A DNA stretch of 64,000 nt from Takakia lepidozioides (taxonomy: Eukaryota > Plantae > Bryophyta), in contig CM060731.1 in the NCBI GenBank assembly GCA_030704615.1, positions 33,480,001-33,544,000 on the forward strand. Direction: 5' to 3'. How positions within the stretch are numbered: the first letter of the stretch is position 1; each line of letters opens with the position of its first letter. The translations under genes and the position numbers were made by a program. The notes beneath the pieces are model-generated. The model searched no databases. It was not told where the DNA came from and worked only from the letters and a program-made list of their open reading frames with translations. Below are positions 41,706-53,828 of the stretch, piece after piece.

Positions 41706-42315
41706 TTAAAAATAAATAAATTAAAATATTAATAAAATTAGTCACCATCGTTGTTGCCAGATGTCGCCGTCATCCCACAATCGCATTGCAGTCGTCCGGA
41801 GCCAGACGGTTATCCATAGCTCATTTTTTTTTTAAACATTTCCTAAAATATATATATTATGTCACGCTGCTTCAACAATGGGATAAATTTAGTCAAAAAA
41901 CCAATACTCGACGTAAAGTCGGTTTGGGACGTGACGTGACGTGACGTGACGCTAACGTGTTTGTGTCACGTCACGTCATAATTGACAACTGGGGCAACAA
42001 CCAATCATGGAGCACCGACCTACGTATACGGGGACTGTGAAAGAGACATCTATAATAAAGAGTATGGGAAATAGGCGATCCAAGTTGAAATGGATGCAGT
42101 TTCAAATAGGGACCTTATGGGATGAGGTATTTTCAATCGACATTGAGTATGACCAATAAGACAAAGTGTATAAGATGAATTTGGATTTTACAAACTTGGA
42201 GGAAACATTTGAGGAAGCGAGACGTCTCAATGGCGAGCAAGTCTATCCATCTGGGTGCACCCATCCTCACTTGGTCAAGAAAATCAAAAAACGCTTCAAA
42301 GATTAGATCCATATT

Positions 42316-42835
42316 TATCACGAACATAGCCCAGAATCATCTAGCAAGAACCCAAGAACTTCTACAAACTTCCAATATTCAAAACATTTTAGAAACTACT
42401 AGAACATTCCAGAATATTGAAGTAGTTCCTAGGACATTCCAAAACTTTTCAAGACATTCTAAGAACCTTCCAGAACCTTCTAGAAATCCGAACCATCTAG
42501 AAGACTCTATGGTGGTGATGAAGCTGTTTAGAAAAAATCTCTTAGCCAGAGAAGCTTCTCAAGAAATAACCTTTAGTTGGAGAAACTTCATAAAAAGTTC
42601 ATAGGCAGCTAGTATATACAAGATGCGAAACTGGGAATTCTTCAGTCTTGCCAACACAAATCTGGAGGTACAAGTAGACTCTATGCTTTGGCCTTGATCA
42701 TGTATTCTCTTGTTCTATACATTCATCTTGATTCTTACATAATATGTATCGTGTTTTGCTCGGATCTCATTGGTCTCTTTTCCTAGTCTAGTCTTGTTCA
42801 TTGTATTCGAGTCAGTTAGTCCCTTGTCCTTGATA
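42316..42835 (+). mobile_element. Solo LTR related to the LTR at 27194
   Basis: tatcacg..cttgata (decayed TG..CA) flanked by the 5-bp TSD ATATT (42311-42315 and 42836-42840); shares tcttcagtct and catcttgattctta blocks with 27194-27748. Confidence 0.8.
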
Positions 42836-44565
42836 ATATTCATGTAGTTATGATGGTAATATCATATTTCTATCATTAGTCAAAATTAGCATAAAATCAT
42901 AATTATTAGTTTTGGTATGTGTATCTAACTCTTCATTAGCCCTTCCAATGAAACCTTCAGTCGCTCTCTAGTCTAATGGTAGCCCCCTAAGGACCCTCGA
43001 ACGTTGCATCGCAGTGGAAATCCCCAATGGTTGTAGGCAATTGAAAATAACTCCTCATGCTTGATAGCTTTCTAGTTTGCTTGATGTTTCACTAGCTTTT
43101 GATCACTTGAGCACGCCCTTTTGTTCGTGTCTTGACCCTCTCTAGGCAAAGGCCACGACACCCACGAAAAACCAGGAAAGCTTGCAACACTACGTATAGG
43201 GCGGGGGACCAAACTGAAAGACGATCGAAAAAACCAAACAAAGTCATGATAAATGTGAGAGACCACCATGATACAATGTAAGACTTTCACCTTGGAAAGA
43301 CTAAGGTGTTAAGACATGCCATAACACTCATTCAGATGCTCACTGTACACTAAACGATTCTCTCTTAGAAGTTGCATGGGTTGCCAAGTCATACTAATTC
43401 TCATGGTTGTACGTCATGGCTTAGCATCACAAATGACCTAAAAGCATATGTTGGAATGAGTGGGAGTACCTACGCAAAGACTTATAAGGCTAGGTAGACA
43501 GCGGCCGATGAAACGGCCTTGACCATTTGCTCATTGTTGTACCTTGACTACTCAATGCATGTCCACGCAAGCATTAACCATTCTTCTAGCCACTTACTTC
43601 AGTAAGTTAGCATTGTGTTCAACCAAGTGTTGCCTCTAGTGCTCGATAGAATATATAGTCTAAGATATGTTTATGTCAACATGACAATTCTGCACTTAAA
43701 TCTAGATGGAAGTTGCCTAGCTGATAGATAAAGTTTTCACTTCTGTGTGACCAACTTTCACTTCCCTCCCAATGCAAAATTTCAATGTTGCACTAGTAGC
43801 ATTTAATATACTAGAAAGCAATTATAAGGCTTCTCCCTTTTTAGTAGCAAAGATAGCTCTTAAGGTCATAGTTGCTGCACCTGAGGACACCCCAAGGGCA
43901 AATCGGGTGTGACCTACTCAAGAAACAAAAATTCTTGAACACAACTCAAAATCCTGCAAATGACTTTATAGGAACTAAGGTTAATAGTTGAGTTTTTAAT
44001 GCACAACTGAGTAATATGTAAATATTGATGAAGACAAAAATGACAAATTCACTATCAAGCCATCATATTTAACACCGTATTTGCTAAAAGTGTACTTGGG
44101 GGTATAAAAGTGTATTTTTGCATAAACAATGGGTTGTTGGATTTTACAATAGAGTGGTGTTAACTTATGCAACATTTCGGTAAATATATATTGTTATTTT
44201 TCAAACATGAGTTGAAAAAATCTCCTATCATATAATCATCAAATGTGTGAATATCGAAATGTGAATATGTGAAATGACTATAAATACACATATGAGAAAA
44301 TATATCCATTCTCCATATTCATCCAATCATCAATATATATACATATATAATCTAAAATAACTAAAATATACATTCATTCATCCATATATATATATATATA
44401 TATTCAAATTAATTGTGAGGAATCATAATAAAGTAACAACAAAGGGAAATACGCAAAAAAAACTCATATATTGAATATTTGAATTTTACATTAAAATATA
44501 TTTTGATTTGGAATGTATATGAGCAAAATCATTACACTAAATAATCTTATTCGTGTTTATCAACA

Positions 44566-45870
44566 TCACTGGTATCTTGAACATATGAAACCGCTCATGT
44601 AATTGTTGAAATGTACGTATAATTTGTGAGGGATGGTAATCTCCATTTCGGTTTTGTTATTGTGCCACATTTTGGTCTTTGAACTACTAGCTGTATTGCG
44701 CCATGATACAAAAACATTGTCTACTGAAATGTCATCTTCACCATCATCACTGGGAACCCAACCTGTATATAGACATCTTTCATATCGAGTTGTCATTGCA
44801 TGTTGTGACTTCATCGACATGCCTTTAGGTACTTTTGGCCAATACCAAAGAATCCGTATAATGCCATCATCATGTGTTTGTCTATCCACACTTAGTACTT
44901 TTCCGATCCACAATGGAACTCCAAGTTGAATTTGATCATCCTCAACATGCACACCAACAAAATGCCCAATCTCAACATCTTTTGTTAGATCAAATTCTCC
45001 AAATATATCCTCTGACAACTTGACCTTTCTCCCATTTTGATGGATTTGGATCATAGATTATTCATCTTTCCGTGATCGTTTCTTCGGTTGTCCACATCTT
45101 GTCCCAAAATATCCTCGAGGTTCAACGTCAGGCATGATTGGAAGAAGGGTTGTCATTTCCTCCCCGTTTGTATTTGAGCTATTCGGAGCATTATCTGTTT
45201 TCACATTATCAAGCCAAAAAGGTGTTGTTTGCCTAACACCATCGCGATTTCGTAGTGGAAATTGGATAAACTCATGCAATGACTGAATCTCTTGTGGATC
45301 GGCTGCATTGACGGGTGCAAATTCAGGTTTCGCCTTGGGGTTAGGAACAGATTTCAAGAATGGAATACCATCAGTAGGCATCCATTGTGGATCTTGAGCA
45401 TAATTTTTGTGCTGGATATGCGGAAGCCTGTTCTTCAGATAAAACCTGAAGTGATGTGGTTTGCTGATGCCAACAGACGTGTCACCTCCGGTCGGCAAAT
45501 GTGGTGTATTCCAGTCCCAGATGTCCTCCAATTGATTGACAAAAATATTTTTGTGTTTGCCTGCTCCAGCCTCATGTATCAAGGATATTAACTCTTTCAT
45601 CGAGGAAATATCAGTAGGTTTCAAAACCCCTGCTATGACGCTGAAACGTTGATCAATATCCTTATGAGGATGACCCACAGTAAGAAATCCAATGTGGATG
45701 TTGCGAAAATGGCCCAAAGCCACCAAACTTGTACACAGAACAAACAAATATTTATTTTTGTTTTCTCGTCCACAGTTATCTGCTTGAATACGCAAACTGG
45801 GAGGCAGTGTTCCTCGAGCTTGTTTCACTTTTGTGAGGGTCTTCATAATGGATGTCACAACTTTTCTATT
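44566..45870 (-). pseudogene. 3' half of a DUF7869/Sola1-related DDE transposase-like gene with a C-terminal SH3/Tudor-like domain
   Basis: LRIQADNCGRENKNKYLF..FLTVGHPHKDIDQRFS; GISKPHHFRFY; downstream GHFVGV..PLWIGKV..IRILWYWP; 5' part replaced by unrelated sequence. Confidence 0.75.
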
Positions 45871-47059
45871 TTTCAGATAGAAACAATGTCTGAAACTTGA
45901 CCGTGTGACAATAAGCAATTGTTGTGCAGAGGTAGATCAACCAATTCAAGTCAGTTTTGTAAGGACTAGTTTGTCTACACCTCAAACCGATATCAGAGCT
46001 GCTCACCTTAAGCCAAGGAACACCAAACTCCCCTTGGAATTAGAGGAATGAAATGAAATACTTTATAACGTCCGTAGAAAACTCAATGAGCTTATGGGAC
46101 AAAAGAAAAACAAGAAACAAGAAAAAGAAAGAAAATTTTGGTGGAAGAGTCTCAGCTTGACTTCTTGGAATGACCTCTGGTGCAGGGAAATAGTTCTCAC
46201 GGGTACCACCTTAGACTGATTTTTGTAGTCAGTAACTTTGGTGCCTAGTTTCTCTCTCCACTTTTTTTTCTTACTGCCATCTCTACTATTAGATCTGTGG
46301 GAGATTCACTGTCTATTCCATCAAACCCAATCTCTTTGCAGATGATATCAGAAATGCTTGGCAGCTGACCTCCATGAAGCTTTGACCGTTAGGCAATCCC
46401 TTGAGTAGTAGTTGTTTTTAATTAGGTGGTTAGAGTACATGCCAAGAACTCTAAAACCTAATCCACATCAAGAGTGAGATGCTCTTGGAAGTACAATAAG
46501 TAAGCAACTTACGTGCAAGATAATGACGGGCTTGAACTCGTGGTACTATGTCAAACTCTGCCTTTAGGATTACAATGTGCTCACAAACACTACAATCGTA
46601 GCTCTCGCCATAGGAGAAAAAAAAAAAACAGGAAAAGAAGAAAAGAACTATCCAAAGATAAGCTCAAATAGCTAATTATGAGACAAAGAAATGAAGTGAT
46701 ACTCCATAAGGTCCACAGAAAGCTCAAATAGCTTATGGGACAAAAAACAAGGAAGGAACTGGGGCCCTAAGAAGCCTAAAATCTACCTATTCATATCAAG
46801 AAATCCCCCCAAGTTTGACAGACTCATGAGATAAGCTACTAGCTTGACCTCAGCTTAATGAAAGATTTGTCAGGGATTGGTTGTCTTTGAAGAGGCAGTA
46901 GTGGTGGCCACAGATTTCATAATAGAGCGGACATCGAAAGAAGAAATGTTTCAGAGTCTCCATGCCCTATTTGTCTTCCCTAGCACAGGCAAGGCTCAGA
47001 GGAAAACATAAACAAAATACAAAAAAATTGAGGGGCTGTCAATGTGCCCAAAAACTCTG

Positions 47060-47400
47060 GATTCCCGAAGATGGAGAGAGATTCATGCAGATGTGTTGCT
47101 AGGCATCTGTGGTCCTCATAGGGAAAGACTCCTCAAAGGGTTTTACTGTCTTTAAACAAGCAGTAGTAATGGCCCCAAATTTCTTAGTAAAACGTACAGT
47201 AGAAAAATAGATTCTCAATGGTCTGTCTGGCTTCTCTAGCACAAGCTTGGCAGAAGCGTTTGGTACACTCCAATTTTTCCATCTTCCAGTCTCTATCCTC
47301 AGATTGTGAGAGCCCACCCTAAACTTTCCCAATGCATGTGGCAAAGATGGAAAGAAAGCTATACAAAGATTGGGATGTAAGAATCATTTTTTGAAGAGGT
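47060..47400 (-). mobile_element. Non-LTR retrotransposon (LINE) ORF2 C-terminal fragment
   Basis: LGKFRVGSHNLRIETGRW followed, after a frameshift, by RFCQAC..ENLFFYCTFY, a typical post-RT Cys-rich region. Confidence 0.65.
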
Positions 47401-48849
47401 CCAGGAAGGTGTTATGATGTTGAAACGGGGTTCCAATCCAGCTCAAAATGTGCATAAAACGACAGAGAACGAGAGAGAGCTCAAGAAAAGTGTACACGGG
47501 TATGACTGCCAGTAGCCATGATTTGGGCATAGGTTTTGCCCTCTTTCTACAAAACTGTTGCACATTTTTGCTAGTTCTACTGCCTAGTTTTTCTACAACC
47601 CCCTAGGGGATTTTTGCTTTGATTAGGGGCTCTCGAGCCCTATTATGTTGCTGCTCTCCTTGCAAGAAGTTTGTTCGATCGACACTTTGAGGCAGGCTGC
47701 CTAGTTTTTCCACGACCTCCTATGGGGTTTGTATGTGTAGGGCTTATCCAACCCTTGTTTCTCCCTGTTCCTTTTAGGAGGCTTGATCGTGCTTCACTGA
47801 CTACGTACAATGTGTGTGCCTCCATGGCGTACCAACGGGGTTTTAATCATTTTTCCCCAAATAAACTTAATAAAGTTCTCACAGGGCCTCCGTCCCATGT
47901 TCATTTAAATATTTTAAAAAAAAAAATTGATCTCTCCTGGGGCAAGGATAACATCCTCTGCACCCGCACAGATACCTCGTCCATTATCTGGCATCACCTC
48001 CTCCCCGCTCAATGGCAAGTCCCCGATTGAATCAGATGACCCAGAGGTGAACTGGAGGCACCACAAGCTCATGATTCCGAGGACTAAAGCGCAGCTGGAT
48101 TTTGGAGCTCAGCTGTAGGAATTAGCTCATTTCCCTCCGTTTGCAAGTCCTTCTCTGCTTCAGACTCTCTCCCATTCCCATTCCTTGTGTTCTAGAGTTG
48201 CTTTGGGCTCGATGTTGCCCTTGATTAGAATCACTTGGGCTATGGCTCAGCAGTTTTTGGGTGATGATGATTAGTTTGTTGCGGTTCTTTCCCCCGTTTC
48301 GGTTCCTTCGTTTGCACTTGTCTCTGATCTTCTTTAGTGATCTAGAAACCCTATTTTAAGTAATTCCGGACTTTTGGCTTAAATCCGGACCAAACTTAAT
48401 ATATAACATAATTAAAATTAATTCAGGTATTAATAATAATATCGTGGAATATTGAGTCATTTAACTTGTGAAGTTGCACAATCCCATTCATGTAACATCG
48501 AATGGTAAGTCGAATGACGTACTTTGCATCAGAAAATTATAAAGATAAGATCGATTGAATGAAGTTATTAATAAATTGATAGATGTATGACATAAACAGA
48601 CGATTCAAGAAGATAATATACAAATGAAAAGTAAACATCCATACCATACTTACAGTATAGTAGTACCATGAACCAATGTATTGCAAGTTTTCAATTGATG
48701 GATTAAAACGTTGAATGGAATAAGGTTGGATTTCAATGAATCATGTGAATTATGTTTCAAAATATTTAGAGATCATTCCGATGTTCATATGACAACCAAA
48801 TATTGTGGAAGAGTGTCATGTAGATTCAGCTATAAAGTCATTGAACCAA

Positions 48850-49750
48850 GCTGGAATTAGGTTTTAGGTTATAGAGTTTGCTTGGGTACATTGAAACATA
48901 GTACTTGGTATGAATGGAAAAGAAAATATGGGAAAGTGTATAGATGACTTGGCACCTATGAAAATTTGTTAATGAAATATCCCAACCACAGATTGTATCC
49001 AAATTTCTATGAGGAATGTGAATCAAACAGTGGAGTTTGGTTTAGGGCTTAGGGTTTTAGAAAACTGTAAATGGACAAACAATTATGGAGTTTGAGTCTT
49101 TACCTATGCGTAGAACAATTCATGAATATTATCCCCACCACTTCAACCGTACCCAAAATTGGAAGTAATAAATAAATAAGCATCAAACATTGAAATTAGG
49201 TTTTAGGATATAGTGTTTGCGAGGGTACTAACCATAGTACTCGGTATGAATGGAAAAGAAAATATTGGGAAGGATATAGATGACTTGTCACCTATGATTT
49301 AGGGTTTAGGGAATAAAATTTCCCAACCACAGATTGTATCTAATCTATGAAGAATGCGCATCAAACAATGGAGTTGCGTTTAAGGGCTTAGGGTTTAGGG
49401 TTTAGAGAACTATAAATGGACAAACAATTATGGAATGTGAGACTTTACGTGGAGGTCGTACAACAATTCAGGAAATATCCCCTCCACTTCGACCGCACCC
49501 AAAACTGGAAGCAATAAATTAAATAGGCATCAGACATTGGAATTAGATTTTAGGGTACGGAGTTGAGTAGTGTAGTAAACATACTAATGGGTATGAATGG
49601 ACCAAAAAATCTGGGAAAGTGTACAAGTGACTTGTCACCTAAGAAATTAGACTTGAATGAAATGTCCCAAGGGCCATTCTATTATGCCCAACCTTGTAAC
49701 CCTTGAAGAATGCGCATCAAACATTCGAATTAGGTTTAGGGTATATGGTT
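48850..49750. repeat. ~340-bp tandem repeat (about 2.7 copies) containing TTTAGGG-like motifs
   Basis: Units start g(g/a)aattag at about 48853, 49192 and 49539 and share ggtatgaatgga, tgacttg(g/t)caccta and gaatg(t/c)g(a/c)atcaaaca; ttagggtttaggg within units. Confidence 0.8.
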
Positions 49751-50466
49751 TAAGGTGAGGACAATGTAAGGACTGAAGGCCCTAGAAGTATTGTCTTTAG
49801 AAGGTCCTAATAAGATAAACAGACCCAAGATAAATTGACCTGAGATGACACGGAATAACGGGTGGCAAAGCGAGGTTTCATGATTGATTAGTGACGAAGA
49901 AAATTGAGAAGAATCTTAAGATAGTCCGAAAAGACAGTAAAAGAAATGTAACTCTGTACTTGAAGCCAGACTTACAGAAAGCTACTGACGAGTAATGGGA
50001 GAAGATTCACTTCACAAGATTCACAAGCAGTAAACCGCAAGAAAGCTTGTCCATTGAAGCAACAACTTTCACAAATTGCCACGCGGTTTATACTCAGGAC
50101 ATTTTTTAGACCAATCATATTGAGCCCAACAATACGACCATGTGGACCGAGAATGAAGGAGATGGGCGAATCTGTTGAGGAGAAGACACTTTGGTGAGAA
50201 CCAGAGAACCAAAAGAAATGGGTGTAATGTGAGAAAGGAACTGCAAAGAGAATGAAGCACTGACATTAGGAAAACTAGGAACTCTGGATGATCACTCGAG
50301 GTTGCTGAAACATTACAGAGATGAGGTCCAGAAAAAAGCTGGTGGCTAGCAAAGAAGGTAGATTAATATTTGAACACGTGAAGAGAAACAAATGGAGAGT
50401 GGAGGTAAAACATTAGTTTTATTCTTGAAAACATGCCGAGGAGTGAACCTCCACAATATGTCCTTG

Positions 50467-53400
50467 TCAACCTTGTTCTCCGCTCGAGGTTACATTGTCT
50501 TCATTGTCTGACTGTTGATTGGCCTCATCCAAATTTGCTCGTGCTTTCTCCGCCTCCACCGCGGTAATTTTCTTAGAGCTATTACGTGTCGTGTTTTTTC
50601 TGGCGGACATTGTCCAAACGACAGAGTTAATGTGAATCCACTGAGGGGGATCATCTAGATTGAACTCCCAAACTTTGGACCAACAATCTTTGTACCTGTC
50701 CAACTTAGGTCGCCACCATTCGACGTGAACCTTCTTAAAATTCCTAGATCCTCTGTCGCGGACCACATCCGATATTGCCATCCCCATCCAAACTGGAAAC
50801 GTCACAGTATCTACTGGTCGAACCAAGACGAAGAATCCGTTCTCAATGTCCTTGAACGGATTTAGAGGCTGCTTCGGTCTATCACACCGGAGGCCACAAT
50901 ACGGCTCCATGACTTCATCTGCTTCCAACAGATCATCCTCTGCAGGTGTATGGATTCCGGCTTTGTGGTGGTTGATAGCCCACTTGGTTGAGGGCCAAAA
51001 ACCCTCTTTAAGCGTGATTGAATGTCGTGATTATCCAAAAATGGGAAGATCAAGTTCTGCAAGGATTGCTTCCCAGTATTGATCATATTGTATCATGATG
51101 TCACGATAATGATCGTCAAGCAACATCCCCTTCTTCCAGAACTCCCTGTATTTTTTAATTCCAGTTCTGATAAAGGACTGTTTATCGGATGAGTCATCTC
51201 CCACACCCCCAAATTGGTGTTTTTCTTACAGCCCTGGGTTGTACTGCTACATGCAACTTTGGAGATCCATCGGGATTCGACTTCCACATCTTCACCGCAC
51301 CTTTTTGGGGGAGCCACTCAGAATCATTTGCAAACTTCTTAAACTTCATGATATGCCAACCATCTTCATCTACATAGAATCGAAATACATGCATTTCTGT
51401 TTGCCCAACTAAAGCCTATTTTCCATCGAGAATGCAACCGCCCACATACGCCTTGAAATCTGGCACCTCTTGAATGATTTGAGGAATAAATTGCAAATCT
51501 TGAGAGATCATAAAAAACCACATAAGATCGGAGAGAACGTAGGTGTTGTTTTGCTTCAGCTTCTTCGATAAGTAACTGAAGAATCCGACAATGTCCTCAT
51601 GGGTATGGCCAACCATGAGAAATCCCATCTGAATCTCCTCAAACACTCCTCTCGCAGTTAGGAGCGACAGAAAAGCCAGCATCCACCTGTTTTTGTTTTC
51701 CTTCACGCAGTTGTCCAACTGCAGGTAGAGTCTTCACGGAAGTGGGATTTTTCTTTTTTTCGTCTTCTTATCGCCGAAAGATTTCAGGACGTCGAGACAC
51801 CTCGATTTACCCTTCATGAGAGATTCGAAAAAGGAATTTTGAGGTGGGTGGTCAAAGATGTTACGACTTTCGCGGCAAGAGGGCTTCTCTAGTTGGCGGA
51901 GGCATCTTGCTAGAGAGTCAATCGTGAAGTTCGGGTCTCCCGGCCAGAAGTCCAGAGAGTACTGTCCGTAGGCTCCGTCCCCGTGGTCGTGGGTGACCAT
52001 GCCGATTAGCAAGATTGGAAGTTGACCTAAGCCGGAGACCATCTTGTTCGTCGTCTGCAACCTTGGAATAGCTGTTTTCCGATGATCCATCTTGTCATGA
52101 ATGATGCAGAGAAACTCGGACGGCATCATAGCTGACTCATTCCTCCAGCTGTGATAGAGTCTCATGCAAGACTCCTGAAGCCTGAGGTGCTTATCAAGTG
52201 CTTTCTTGTGCGAGGCCTGCTCATCGCTACGTTTGTCCGACTTCTGATTAGGTCTTTGAGCATCTCACAGTCTGTGCATTTGGCAAACGTGCTACCACTT
52301 TTTCTAACCTCGACATTGGGAAAAATCCGTTGTCTGATTCTGCTGACGGCTGCCTGGGAGATAGGCTTCAACCCACATATTTTATTCGCCTGCAAGACAA
52401 ACCGGGGGAAATGAACCTCGCGCGATCACCCGAGCTTTAATAGTGAGAGGTCTGATACATTACGTGGAAGCAAAACAGGGAAGGTCCCCAAAAATATGTA
52501 ATTCGGAAAGTGGTAACAAGAAGAAGAACTGACCTCATTACACTCCTGACGATGTTTTTTCCAGTTCAGTTCAGGTGGCAGAATTCGAAGAGTATCTCTC
52601 CGTCCGTCTCCAATACAGCGGGTCTTATGAGGCATGAGATCGGAATTTTCGTTTATAATCGACATTAAGTTTCCTTCAGCTTGACGAGTTTGTGGACAGG
52701 GCCGTTTCACTCCGGAATTCCCGTGCAACGATGTAACCACACCCTCTCTGCTTAGTTTTTTGTATTCCATGTAGGTTGAACGACCGATTCCGTGAATTGT
52801 CCACCAAGCTATCTCACACACATCAACGCTCTCAATGGTTATGTAGGCCTTTGTCGAAACCCCGTCGATTCGATGAAGTCTTTTGGGAACATCAAAACCG
52901 AGCTCTCTTCGTTCGTCGTAAGAGGATCCCCAATAAGCGGTCCGGATAGCGAGTGTTTTTCTCCAGTCGAAATATTGCCAACACTGTAAATTGCAACGTT
53001 GTTTGCTGCTGACTTCTGGAACTGCCTGCAGAGAGAGGCGAGTATTTATCTTTTTGGAATCGTCTTTTTTCGGATCTTTTTTTGGTCTGTTGAAATGCCA
53101 GTATGCCGCTTTTTTCACACCTTTCTCGTTGTGACCAATGTATGTTTGTTCCCGGCTATTGATGAAACTACGAAGTTCATGTGACAATGTCCTGCCACTA
53201 TCAATCAACCGAGTTTGCGTCAATGGCCAGTTCACGAGACATATGAGATTGGTCGAACCGCCATTCAAAATCCTTGTAACGAGCACCCCGACGTGATGTT
53301 CTCCAACTTTCTCACAAAGTATCACCTCGTCAGGATGACATGCTCTCGTACAAAGCACTTTGTTCATCTCCAAGGAGAATACACATTTTATTTCTCCAAC

Positions 53401-53828
53401 TGTCTCTACCCATAGCAACATCGTTATTCGGAGATGGCCTTGTCATGTCAGATTCAATTTGTTCATTGAATTTTGGTTGGTAATCAGTCGCAGATGTCAA
53501 TTCAAGTCTCATCCTCCGAGAACCGAGGAACCTCAATGTTGGTGTTGGTGTCAGTCCCAGTATCTTTTTGAATTTGCACCACATCCCAAACGACAGGTGT
53601 TCCGATTGCTTCACCCAAAGAGTCCGCATCCATGTGCGGATATGGCAACGACATAGAAGAATGTGCCGGATCGCAAGACACTATAAAAACAGATATTGTG
53701 GACCCGTTTAGATGTCGTCCATGGCAACTTCCGCAACCAGTCACGTTGAGACATTTTGTTGTTGCGACGATAGAGTTCGAGCCCTGAAGAGTGAGGAAAA
53801 CTTGTTGACCAGTTTGGAACAACGACAT
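50467..53828 (-). pseudogene. Near full-length decayed DUF7869/Sola1-related DDE transposase-like gene with N-terminal Tnp1/En/Spm(DUF8039)-like domain(s) and C-terminal SH3/Tudor-like domain; intron 52533-52390
   Basis: CHGRHL..LPYP..LGEAIG..VVW; VCEIAWWTIHGI; HGNSG; FAKCTDC; IIHDKMDHRKTAIPR; LYLQLDNCVKENKNRWML..FLMVGHTHEDI; HVFRFY; FVLVRP..PVWMG..VHVEWWRP. Several frameshifts and a stop at about 51416. Confidence 0.8.
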
